64,000 nt of DNA from Podarcis filfolensis (taxonomy: Eukaryota), in NCBI GenBank assembly GCA_964270895.1, contig OZ185436.1. One strand, 5' to 3'. Below are positions 10,774 to 22,290 of the stretch, piece after piece. Numbering within the stretch: position 1 is the first letter of the stretch; each line of letters opens with the position of its first letter. Made by a program: the position numbers and the translations under genes. Under the pieces are notes generated by a model, which saw only the letters and a program-made list of their open reading frames with translations, was not told where the DNA came from and did not search any database.

Positions 10774-13635
10774 TATGTATTTCAATTTTGCAGGCCCCTG
10801 TCATACCTGCTATTTGTAAAGTGCCATGTTTACAAATATGCTATGTTAATAAATAAAGCTGTTTTCACCCAAACTAGTTGCCAGCTGGGTATACATGGTA
10901 TACTTTAGGTTGATGTCATTTATTTCATGAGCTGCCGAATGCTGTGGCCTGTATACTGTATGCACATGAAGAATTATCTCAGACTTCCTTCAACAAGGAA
11001 AAAAAAATCTTGTATACAAAACCCCTGCAGTTGATTCATTTTCTCTGACTGTCATTTACCTGACAGTTAATTCAGGCATTAAAGGGCCCATGCCATCAGC
11101 AGAAAGCAGGGGCCTGATTACTATTGTATCTAGCAGTACCTTTCTCTCCCCGCCCCCCCCCCCCGCCCCCAGTCACCTGGTTCTGCCTCCTTCCACATGG
11201 TGAGGAGTGAAGGTCTACAGCAGAGAGTGTGCTGTCTGCTTGTGCCCCGCCCCCACCACCACATGGTTTAGAAATCCTGAATTGCACAGCGAGGCTCCTA
11301 CTACAGACTTTCTCCTCCAATAGATGAAGGCTGGCAGCAGGGCTGAGTGACACAGATGTGACAGAGCGGGCAGAACAAACTATCCCTCACATGTTTCCCA
11401 TTATATACTCATTCACAACTTAAGACGAACGAGCAAAGCCATGGCACACATCCCATCTGGTAGGCAGGTCTTTTTGGAATGTGCCATTGTAGAGCTCCTC
11501 CACTCTTCCCATTGATGGAGCCACCCTATGCTTAAGGGAGCACCGGTTAGTCCTTTTCTCAATGAAATATTTTTTTCTGTCAATCTACGGTGCTTCCAGG
11601 TGTGGGTTTATTGTATGATAACTGCGCCGTGCGCATGCAGGGGCTTGGCAGTGTCCACATGTGACATCATCATCAACAAAATACCAGTCCACATCTTATG
11701 CGTGCACGCGCGCACACACACACCTATTTAATCTCAGGCAATATAAAAGCTCCTCCCAAATTATTTAATTGGAAGAGGCACAGGACATGAAAGAAATAGG
11801 TCTGATGAGCAGAGCTAGACTTCAGGACCGCTGGGGCAAGGTCAAGCATTCTTCCAGTGACAGGTAGGCCCACGAATTATAGTGCTGGTTTGCTCTCAGC
11901 CACACCACCCTAAATACACACACATCCTTTTGTTAAAGAAAATGCTTCAAGAAATGTTAAAGAAAAATGCTTCAGGGCTGGCTGAAAATTAAGCATCAGC
12001 AAGGCAGGGCGGGAAAAAAGCAGCTTCCAAAATGCAAACAAAGCTTCATTTCCTAAGTCCTTCAGTTCCAACCATCTCTGCTTCATTCTGCCTCCCTCCC
12101 ACTTCATTTCGAACAGACTGCCAAGCTCCTCAATTTGTTTCAGATTCCAACTGGATCCCAAGCATTTTGTGCTGGCCTCGGGCACACCCACACAGCAGTT
12201 TTCTTGCAGGTTTTCTGCTGCAGACGTCCGCCTGTTTTGTGCAGCGTCCACACAGTGCCCATCTCACCAAAGTGCCTTCCCACATTTCCCCTCCATTTAA
12301 TCTGGATTTGCTGTTTCCCATGTTGCATTTGGGCCTTCTATTTAGCAGGTTTCCCATGGAAATGGTAAATCTGGATTAAGTGGGGTGAGAAATGAAATGG
12401 GATAGCATTTTGATTGGGGGTGACATTGTGCAGACACAACGTTCCCAGCACAAAGTCCAAAAGAAACTGTGGGGTTGAGGAAACACTCATCTCTCTCCAG
12501 TGCCCCATTAGAGCCTGAATGTTTCTATCTGGATTGGTTGTTATTGGGAGGGGCCTGTGGCTTCTCCAGAAATCTCCCATCAATCTGTAGGCCTCACAAT
12601 GAGCACGATAATCTCCTCTCAGTCATCAGTGACACAGAGCTGTGTCCAGAGCTATGATAAGAGTCCTTTGCCCCTTAGCAGTCCCCCATGAGATTCATCC
12701 CAGAACTGTGTACAAAGAGGAACTGGCTCAAAAGGTTAAGGTACAGCAAAGTACAGGTTGCCTGTGGCCATGTTTTGACTCCTTATATTTCCCATACCAA
12801 TCTTGAGGCCACTAGTGATATTGCTTCATACCATAGTCATATGGCCTTTTCCCAATGATCCACTGAAGAGCCATTGAAACAGGCCTACATTCCTATCTGT
12901 GACTCCAACAGCCTTGGACAGCATTTCCTGTCACTTCAGTTTTGATGAAATGAAGGTTATATATTCTTTCTCTGTTCAAACATTCCTCTTATTGGGGAGA
13001 AGAACCAGGATCAAACAGGGTTTTTCTTACATTCTAAAGTCAAGAAAAGGGCTCAGCATTTCTAGCGACTGATGAATATAGTCCAGAGAACTCTCCATAG
13101 CTGCATAGCTATTTGCTTAGGAGCACTGATGGTGAACTGGTGGCATGTAGGATCTTACTCCATTAGACCCTGACAACATGGTCAATGGTCAAGGACAATG
13201 GGAGTGTAGGCCAGGGACTGGACAGCCATATGTTTCCTACTACTGCCCTAGAACAAAGGGGACTCAACATTTTGCCCTCCATATATTGTTGGACCACAGC
13301 TTCTATTATCCCTGACCATTGGTCATGCTGTCTGGGTCTGATGGAATCCAACAACATCTGGAGGGCATCAAGTTGACTACCCTCACCCTAGAGCACCCTA
13401 GAGCATCAAGTTGACTACCTAAGATCAAGTGCTGAAACTTGTTCTCAAGCCATATTGTGACAAGTTCTGAAAGATAAGGGTATTTGTAAAGCACACAGTA
13501 CTGTAAGTATGACTGTACAATGCAACCTATCCAGATGCATCATTGTGGGGAGCTTCACACTGATGACCAACGTTTTGAAAGAAGAACTGTCTTGGGAATT
13601 GGTTTTGGGAACAAACACAACTGTGTTCCATTATA

Positions 13636-13869
13636 CAGTGGTACCTCGGGTTACATACACTTCGGGTTACAGACGCTTCAGGTACAGACTCCGCTAACCC
13701 AGAAATAATACCTCGGGTTAAGAACTTTGCTTCAGGATGAGCACAGAAATCGTGCTCCGGTGGCGCACAGGAGGCCCCATTAGCTAAAGTGGTGCTTCAG
13801 GTTAAGAACAGTTTCAGGTTAAGAACGGACCTCCGGAACGAATTATGTACGTAACCAGCGGTACCTCTG
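13636..13869. mobile_element. Tigger/pogo-type (Tc1-mariner) MITE, subfamily A
   Basis: TA|CAGTGGTACCTCGGGTTA ... TAACCAGCGGTACCTCTG|TA; same internal sequence as 59291-59499. Confidence 0.85.
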
Positions 13870-13904
13870 TATGTATCTATCATCTGTCTGTCTGTCTGTC
13901 AATC

Positions 13905-14075
13905 TCTAATACTCCACCATACCTCCAAGGAGCTCAAGGTAGTATACAAACTTATTCCCTTCCCCATTTTATCCTGTGAGGTAGGCTACCTCAAAGTCAC
14001 CCAGTGAGCTTCATGGCTGAGTGGGGATTTGAACTCTGGCCTCCCAGGTCCTAGTCCAACACCCTAACCACTATG
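13905..14075 (-). mobile_element. MIR/Ther1-derived (Squam3-like) SINE fragment
   Basis: cctgtgaggtagg..gtcacccagtgagcttcatggctgagtggggatttgaac..ctagtccaacaccctaaccacta (antisense tRNA head plus CORE). Confidence 0.75.
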
Positions 14076-14455
14076 GTCTAATGGCTTGATGGGATATGAA
14101 TTCAAAGTGGCAACCTGCTACTTTATTAAAATACTGCACACGCCTTCATGTGTCACCTGACAGCCATTGTCCTCTTAGAGGAGTCGGGTGGTGAGCATCC
14201 CCATTCATAATACTGTAAGCAGCCAGATCAACTTGACTGACTAGCTTGGCGAGCTAGAAGGAGAATGCAGCTTTTCACTCCATGCATGTGGCTGCCTGTT
14301 TTTGCCCTAGCACTGTCCATAAAGTATGCCTCACCTTATAAGGCCTGCTTGACCATTGCCTCTAGTCACACTTCACCAATGTTCCCTTTGGATTCTCCCA
14401 GACAGAGGCTTAATATCACAAACAGGTCACTGGTAGAATTGTTAAAATATATTTA

Positions 14456-14686
14456 CAGTGGTACCTTGGTTCTCAAACACCTTGGTACTCAAACATTTCG
14501 GCTCCCAAACACCGAAAACCCGGAAGTAAGTGTTCTGATTTTCAAACGTTTTTCAGAAGCTGAACATCCGATTCTATTGTTTCCGAGGCACCTGTGCCAC
14601 TCAGAAGCTGGGCCTTGGTTTTTGAACTTTTCGGAAGCCAAACAGACTTCCGGAATGGATTACATTCAAGAACCAAGGTACCACTA
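14456..14686. mobile_element. Tigger/pogo-type MITE, subfamily B
   Basis: TA|CAGTGGTACCTTGGTTCT ... AGAACCAAGGTACCACTA|TA; 17 of 18 TIR positions match. Confidence 0.85.
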
Positions 14687-15476
14687 TATTGGATTTTCAG
14701 TGCAAAGGGTGAATTTGGATTAAATTGGGGGGGGGGTTAATGACTGGCCGACAAATGTAATGTGGACACTGCAAAAAAAAAATGTGGCATGCGTGAGCAG
14801 CACCAATCCCACAATGCACCCTGCCCTGGAAGCCCGTCAGGGCATTCCTACCCACTCCCTGCCTCGCTGAGTGCGACTGTCTCGAAAGTGACAGTCCCTG
14901 AGGGTGGGGCAAGTAGAGCAGAAACTAAGCCAGTGTGTGGGAGGGCGGGAGAAGGAGAGGCACCTGCAGGAAAGGGTGAGTCAGGCCCACAGGAATTTCC
15001 AGGATCCGCATATATTCACCAGGGCAGGATCTCTCTAAAACAAAATCAGGCTCGACAAGGCCTCACTCCAAGCTGCTTCCCCTTCTCCCTCCTATACAGA
15101 TTGTAGAGTTGCACCTGTTTCATCCAGGTTCCAGTGGGTGGGTCTCTGTGCATCTTCACAGAAATGGGGGGGGGGGGTTGACTTCAAGCAAGATGGAGCA
15201 GAAGCCATGAAACGGGCTTCTGGGAATTATTATTATTATATATATGTGCCCCATCACTTTAAGGTCGCAGGGCAGGTTACAATTAAAACCCAATAACGGA
15301 TATCCCACTATCTCTTTTGCTTCCTGCTCCATTAAAAACAACCTGCCCCCACACAAATATTCTGCTAAGACGAAAGCAAAATGCATTAGTCAGTCCAAAT
15401 AAATAAATACTGCACGTCATGCCAGCTTGGGTTTCCTGGCCAGAAGGTAGTCAAAGGTAGGTGGGAAAGTGGGAAA

Positions 15477-15992
15477 ATGCGCTCTACGTGGGGCTACCTT
15501 TGAAGGTGACTCAGAAACTACAACTAATCCAGAATGCGGCAGCTAGATTGGTGACGGGGAGTGGCTGCCAGGACCACATAACGCTGGGCCTGAAAGACCT
15601 ACATTGGCTCCCAGTACATTTCCTAGCACAATTCAAAGTGTTGGTGCTGACCTTTGAAGCCCTAAATGGCCTCGGCCCAGTATACCTGAAGGAGCGTCTC
15701 CACCACCATTATTCAGCCCGGACATGGAGGTCCAGCTCCAATGGCCTTCTCTCACCAGGAGAAGTGAGGTCACAGGGAACCAGGCAGAGGGCCTTCTTGG
15801 TAGTGACGACTTCCCATCAAATGTCGAAGAGATAAACAACAACATGGCTTTTAGAAGACATCTGAAGGCAGCCCTGTATCAGGAAGTTTTTAACATTTGA
15901 TGTTTTGCTGTGTTTTTAATATGTTGGAAGCTGCCCAGAGTAGCTGCGGCAACCCAGTCAGATGGGCGGGGTATAAGTAATAAATTATGATG
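15477..15992 (+). mobile_element. 5'-truncated L2-clade LINE (ORF2 C-terminus plus 3' tail)
   Basis: Translates ALYVGLPLKVTQKLQLIQNAAARLVTG..LHWLPV..FKVLVLTF..GLGPVYLKERL, the typical L2 ORF2 end; tail ..gatgggcggggtataagtaataaatt. Confidence 0.9.
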
Positions 15993-18651
15993 TTGATGGG
16001 TGGGTGGGGAGTGGGTGGCTGCTGTACTATCTCTTTCTCTCTGCTTCAAAGCTTTTCAAGGGGCAGATACGGCTACAACCCTTCTTCACTAGTGCTGGCC
16101 AGGCTGAAGTTTGATTTGTGGGGCTGAGGAAGACATTGCCTGTTTACTGCCCCTCCCCACCCAGTCAATCAGCACAGCCTTCCCTCCTAGCCCCCAGAGC
16201 TTATTTCTGCCCAGCACTCCTGCTGATGCTGAGACACCAAAGAAATTATAAGGCTCCTTGTTAGCCTGGAATCCTTCCAGGGCCATTATTGCTGTGTTGC
16301 AGTCAGGTAGCTGTTAATAGCTAGCTAATAACTGGAATGGGGGTTTAATCATCTCCTTTGAAAGGATCAGCAGCCAGGCGAGGAAGGGCTGCGCAGGGAG
16401 GGTTAATAATGCCCTTTCATGTTGGCAGATGGTATGTTTCAACTAGAAACGCCCGGCAACGCTTCCCTTCACACACCTCAAACCGAGCTCCACTTGCGGT
16501 GCCAGGTGTTTGTGTTTCCTTGGAGGACGGATATTTGGTTTCTCAGGCAGTGCAATCAAATCTGACGGACTGCAGAAAATGGTGGCACTCCTCCTGTGCT
16601 TACACAGTCTCATGGCCCTGGAAAATACCACAAGCCTAGCCCAGTGGGAGGTGGGGAATTTCTACTATCGCTTGCATTCTGGGATCCGGTTCAAATTTTA
16701 GGGACCGTGGTGTTGGTGTGACCCTTCCTGCACAGTCCCAGGGTACTCAGAAATATTAATAACTGCAAGCGGAGCTCAGTGGGAGGTGGGAAATAGCATA
16801 CAATATGGATCTCCTTTAGGACAGGGGGTAAGGTTAGGGGAGAAAAGCAAACTTCCCGAAACAATATGAGTACCCCTAAACATTTTTTTTTAAAGCACTG
16901 GCTGTACTTCTTTGCAAGGAGGCTTCCCCAGATATTGGAAACCCTGTTGGTGGCAGGACCAAGGCTGGAGGGAGCCACTTGCCACATGGGTCGCAAAACA
17001 AGAGCTTCTGCACAGTTGTGAAATTTGGACCCTCAGCAAGGTGGGCAGCGTTTTGCAACAGCATCAAATATATTTGTTTCCCGGAACAGGTAAAAGTGAC
17101 CAGCATTCCAGTGACCCAGAAAAGATCTTCCCAAAAAGGAATAAACAGGCTTGAAAAAGTCTCTTCCCTTGTGGATGCATCTGATAACATGTTTGCATCA
17201 GCTGGTATGGAGGCAGCAGCGGCACGGGAAATGCCATATTATAATCTACCACCCACACATAGCTCATCCCCTAATCCTCAATAGCTAGAATTTGGCTTTA
17301 GCCCTGGGAAATGGGGCTTATGTACACTGTTAGGTTTGTTAGATGCAGTTTGGGAGAGCAGTTCACGCATACAAGTGTATGAACAAGTTCTTTCCATCAG
17401 GGGCTGCTGTGCAGGGCAGAAAGTTTGAAGAACATTGGCTTCATTTGTCACAGTTTCCTTACAAACGGAAAACACTTGTTTGTTTCTTTGGTTTTGCATC
17501 CCAGAAATTCGTGTGATCTCCGAGTTTGCCATATATGTCCAGCCTCTAAATGCTGTAACCCTTAACAGCTCCACCACAGATCGGAAACAATGGAAGGAAA
17601 TGTTTCGATTCTAGGCCCAAATTTGGGACCCAACCATGGGAAGCAAAGCACTGCATCTATTATACAATGATACAAGCTTGTCTCCTTTCTTGCCCCCCTG
17701 CTAAAATAGCCACTCGAGGCTTTAAATCCATGTATTTACCCTTTGTCCATTTTTGCTGATTCCAGCTACACCCTCAGGCTATATATGATGTGCTCATGCT
17801 CTTTCAAGAAAAGGCGTGGGGGTTTTGAATAGGCTTTCGCCCCGGTCTCTTTTAATATCCTGTTAGTTTACGATCTGCTTCCTCAATCTTCTCATTATCC
17901 CCAATCAATATGCTTTCATTGTGCTGCCCTCTCTGTGGCTCAGACGGAAACCCTCTAGCTTCTCAGCCATCTCTTCTATCTAGGAGAGAATGTTGCCTCT
18001 GGCTCTGCAAATCTCCCTCTTTCACTCTGCTGGGCCTGCCCTGCTCTTTCATGTTCTTTCTCCCCTCTTTGCTCCTTGACACACGGATGCTCCGACATGC
18101 TGAGGCTGCAGAAGCACACCACACACAAACAGAACAGAGAAGCAGGGATGGGGGGAGGCCTGCATGAGGAAGCAGGTTTGCGGAGCACCGTTCAGTGTTC
18201 TTCCTGCCATGCTGTGGCTGTGATCCCATCAGGAGTGTGCACACACACCAAGGGGCATTCACATTCGTCACCCTTTGCCAGTTCGGCAGGACTGAGTCAT
18301 GCCCAAGATTGCAGATGGAGGCCACACCTGCCAACCCCAAGCCATCCTGCTGTTTCTTTTGGAGATGAAACTGAATCACCGCCAAGGTAGCAGGTCTGCC
18401 AGGAAAGGAAGAATGAGAAGCTGCATTTGTTTGGGAAGCAAAAGCCACCGATCTGGGCAGTGCTTGCTTAAAGAGAGGTCTCTGTGATCCCTTTTTCTTT
18501 TTTCTTTTTTGCAGGCAAGAGTAGGGATCTGTGAGATAAACCAGGGAGGGCAGAGGTGTTTGGGCAATTCAGCAATTCAGGAGCAGCCACACCTCTTTGC
18601 ATCCTCCTCCCTCTCCTAGATCACATGAGCAACTCTGTGAAGCAGGAGCAG

Positions 18652-18755
18652 CCAGCTGGACTACAACTCCCATCATCCCTGGCTATTGGCTGTGCTGAGG
18701 CTGATGGGAGTTGTAGCCCAACAGTATCTGAAGGGCACCAAGTTGGGGAAGACTG
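18652..18755. mobile_element. Palindromic hAT-type MITE
   Basis: ctacaactcccatc ... gatgggagttgtag inverted core, ending aagttggggaagactg. Confidence 0.7.
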
Positions 18756-19105
18756 GATTACAGCAAGCAACACCTGGAGGTAGAATTTCATCCAAGGACA
18801 AGTGAATGAGGCTCCATATTGAACAAGCAGTGGCATTAGATGTTGGGGGGGTGTAGCTAAATATTTCAAAATTTTATGGTTCTGCCTTAAAAAGAAGAAG
18901 AACAAAATATACCTAGGCGTGTGGATGTAGACCTGCACTTCAAAGAAGCAGAACTTGGCAGAGGGTAAGAAGCAGGGAAGAAGAGGAGATCAACCTGAGG
19001 GAGCCTGGCTAGATCCCATCATGTTCCACTGGCATGGAGAGAGGGCATGTTATATGAAAGATATTATAAGAAAGAAAAGGAATGTGCTGCCTATTTAATT
19101 ATTGC

Positions 19106-19108
<3 letters not shown>

Positions 19109-19156
<48 letters not shown>
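19109..19156. repeat. (AT)24 microsatellite
   Basis: Read directly from the sequence. Confidence 0.97.
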
Positions 19157-19159
<3 letters not shown>

Positions 19160-19278
19160 CTCAAAGCAACTTACAATTTCTGAAAGAAAAGAAAAACCAA
19201 TACCAAATTAAAATACATCAAAAGATTCAAAGACAATATTAACCAAAATCTCTCATTTTGGTTAATATTTGGTTAATA

Positions 19279-19526
19279 GAGCCAGTGTGGTGTAGTGGTT
19301 AAGAGCGGTAGTCTCGTAATCTGGGGAACCGGGTTCACGTCTCCGCTCCTCCCCATGCAGCTGCTGGGTGACCTTGGGCTAGTCACACTTCTCTGAAGTC
19401 TCTCAGCCCCACTCACCTCACAGAGTGTTTATTGTGGAGGAGGAAGGGAAAGGAGAATGTTAGCCGCTTTGAGACTCCTTAAAGGGAGTGAAAGGCGGGA
19501 TATCAAATCCAAACTCTTCTTCTTCT
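19279..19526 (+). mobile_element. Full-length young Squam3-like (Ther1/MIR-derived) SINE
   Basis: gagccagtgtggtgtagtggttaagagcgg (A box), gggttcacgtctcc (B-box-like), CORE ctgggtgaccttgggctagtcac and (CTT)n tail; CpGs retained. Confidence 0.88.
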
Positions 19527-19865
19527 CATCTGGCAATAGTGTAAAAGCAAAAACTTTTGCCAGCAGGGAACAGTGTGTTGCTCCCCCTATTCTCTTCTCT
19601 TTTTTTAACATTCATCAGCAAATGGGGAAAGCAGCACATGGTGGCCACTAGGAGGGCCCTACTTGGAAGCAATCTTTATCTTGCTGAGCCTGCATTTACA
19701 AAAACAACATCTGCTTCCTCCTCCATTTTACTGGTTTTCACTGCAACTGAATAATAGGGCCATCAGCCTGGAGTTCGTTTCCATGGAAGTAAAAGAAATT
19801 AATTCTAATAAATGATTTTTTAAAAAAAGGAAAGAAAGGAAAACGCAAGTGAAAGATGGACAAGG

Positions 19866-20020
19866 AAAGGCTGTTGCTCAGAAGCAGAGCACAAGGAAGG
19901 CAATGGGTTTAATCCCTTGGTAATTCCAGGTCGGGAAAACCCTGGAGAGCCACTGCCAAACACTGTCAACAATATTGAGTTATATAGACCCAATGATAAG
20001 AAGCAGCTTCCTGTGTTCTT
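19866..20020 (+). mobile_element. tRNA-head SINE, second family (degenerate)
   Basis: gggctgttgctcag..ccctggagagccactgcc..aatattgag..aagcagcttcctgtgttctt. Confidence 0.6.
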
Positions 20021-21187
20021 ATGAGAAAGAAATGACAGGACAATTCATCCAACAGAAAGCTTACCGGGCCTGATCATACGACTTTGGAACGCCTCCCTTT
20101 ATGAAGTGATTAGCAGCGGGAACAGCTTTGCCAGCCATGTTTTATTCACAAAAATGTACTGCTTCAGCTTCCAGGGTCTCAACACCAGTGACTTTGCTTC
20201 CTGCACCGCTCAAAGCAAAGCAAACCAAACTGCAGTGCAATGGCCCCAGGCTTAGTTTCCACTGTTTGTGAGGGTCTCTGCACTTTGAAGTCTTTGTGAT
20301 TTCACCATAGTTTGTGTCCTTGACTTGTGAACGGGGATGTTTGTGTGCTGCATTGGGCAGGGCCAAAAAGCTCCTTGGCAGGAAGGCTGAGGCAGAAGAG
20401 CCCGGTTGATGGAAGCATTCATTTCTGGCTCTCGTCAATCCCCACATCTCTGATCTGGCACTGACGTATCTAATCCCACCTTCAGCTCTCTGGTAAGGCC
20501 TGGTGTCATGTGACTTGGCCGGCAGCTGGGAGCGATGATGGTCAAACAATCTCCTCAGCATTTCCCTAACTGGCTGCAGCAAGCAGCTTACCATTAATCT
20601 CCGCTTGTCCCCCTTTGCCCTCTTGGGCCTGAGAGAGAGGCTGCTCAGCGGAGCAAGCAAAGCGCAAGGAATCCGCCTGGGAATGAGGCAGTGGGACAGC
20701 GACCAAGGGCAGAATCTGACAGGGGCAAGGGGGAAAGCGAAAGGAAGAGCAAGCCATGACTAGTCTCAGAAACTGAGTCGCTCCGGTGAGTCAAGCCCTC
20801 ATCAGCTGCCAGGAGGGAGAGGAATGAGTCAGTGCCAGGAAAAGTGTACATTTGCTCGAGGTTCTTGCTGGGGCAGCAGGATGATTCTGTGAGTTCCCAG
20901 TTAGAAGTGCACCAACCATCTCTGTCTCTTGTTCTTTCTCTGTCTATCAGAGGCACACATCATCCCTCCTCAGTCTGGCTCTTTTGTCTGCAAGGATATG
21001 ATGATGCTGAGGAAGAGGCCAGTACAAGTGAAGCATTGGATCCATGCCTCTCTAGTCACCAAACATTGCTACCCCCACACTTCGTCCAGATGCAAGGCTC
21101 TGTCATTAGGGATGGTTTCATAAACAACAAAAACAGCTGCATTAGTCACACAGGCCACTCATCAGCAAATGGGGAGCACTGCCGTCA

Positions 21188-21269
21188 GCTGGTACTAAAA
21201 TGGAACCCAAACTCCAACCGAAATCCATCCCTGTGTGCAGCTAAATTTGGGTTCCATTTGGGTACGAGC
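21188..21269. repeat. Short inverted repeat (24-bp arms, 34-nt spacer), probable MITE remnant
   Basis: gctggtactaaaatggaacccaaa / tttgggttccatttgggtacgagc pair at 21 of 24 positions. Confidence 0.7.
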
Positions 21270-22265
21270 ATGAAAAATATCCAGAATGACCCTTCAAGTG
21301 TTATATTTGATTCTGCTCTGTGTCATAGCTCCCCGAAAGAGGCCACAACCTTCCAGTGACAACCTGGTATCTACACAGCTCAGAAGGCTATGCGCTTGGC
21401 ACAGATGGAATTGCACCCATGGTTATCAGAGAAAACAGGCGCAAAAGCAGACACAGGCCTTTGTCCTCTGCAGCCTCCTAGGACTAGCTCCACTTCCTAG
21501 CGTTCCTTCCAGACAGCTTTCTGCCTCACTCAAGCTGATGTATATGCCAGTGCTCAGCACTTCAGCAAGGCTTTCTTCCTGCATCTGGAACTCTATTGTT
21601 TTTCTATTTGGTAGAGATGCTAAGAGCAACAGTTGTAGCTGCAGAAGCACTGAGGCGGTTGGTGTGGTCCTTCTTGGCAACACATGGGCCTTGCACACTT
21701 GGTATTCATAGTGGCATAGTTGCTGTTTGAGCCAACGTTTTTAAGAGTGAATCTGAGCTCACCACTGCTCACGTTGTTGCTATAAGAGAGTGAGTGTGGG
21801 GTCTTCCTTTCCATACTAATGGTGGGTTGTGCCCAAAGTGAGAAAAGTTATGTGGTTGTCATCACATTCTTAACATACCGTTGTGCCAGCAAATGCCAGA
21901 GTTATGAGCCCCTTTGTAGCTTTGGGGGGGGGGATATATAATGCCTAGTATTCAGAAATTCTAATCTAGTGGGAGAATAGATTAGAAGAGGTACTACATG
22001 TCTGCCTGAAATATGGCTAACCTGGTTACTGAGGTGGGATTTAGTCTGCAGCTAAGCTTTGTTGTCATGGGCAATACTTGACTCAGTGCCATAGCTCTCT
22101 CTGAACTGAGCTCACACCCTAGCAGCTCACACCAGCCAGAGGGAAGTGATACAAAACAGGCATCTTCCAAGCGACCCCCAACACACAAAAGGCAAGATGA
22201 TGCAGGATGACACATGCAACCCAAATGAAAATATTGAGGATCCTTTCTAAATCTTTCACAAATGG

Positions 22266-22290
22266 TGTTTGTTTGTTTGTTTGTTTGTTT
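22266..22290. repeat. (GTTT)n microsatellite
   Basis: Read directly from the sequence. Confidence 0.9.

Noticed and set aside
15461-15835. 124-aa ORF as a host gene
   Set aside because: It is the C-terminus of L2 ORF2.
19279-19350. tRNA gene
   Set aside because: The tRNA-like head continues into a CORE region and (CTT)n tail, so it is a SINE.
20142-21359. 172-aa and 175-aa ORFs, and a possible 37-nt - strand exon (20592-20628)
   Set aside because: No homology I recognise and no partner exons; synteny predicts no coding gene here.
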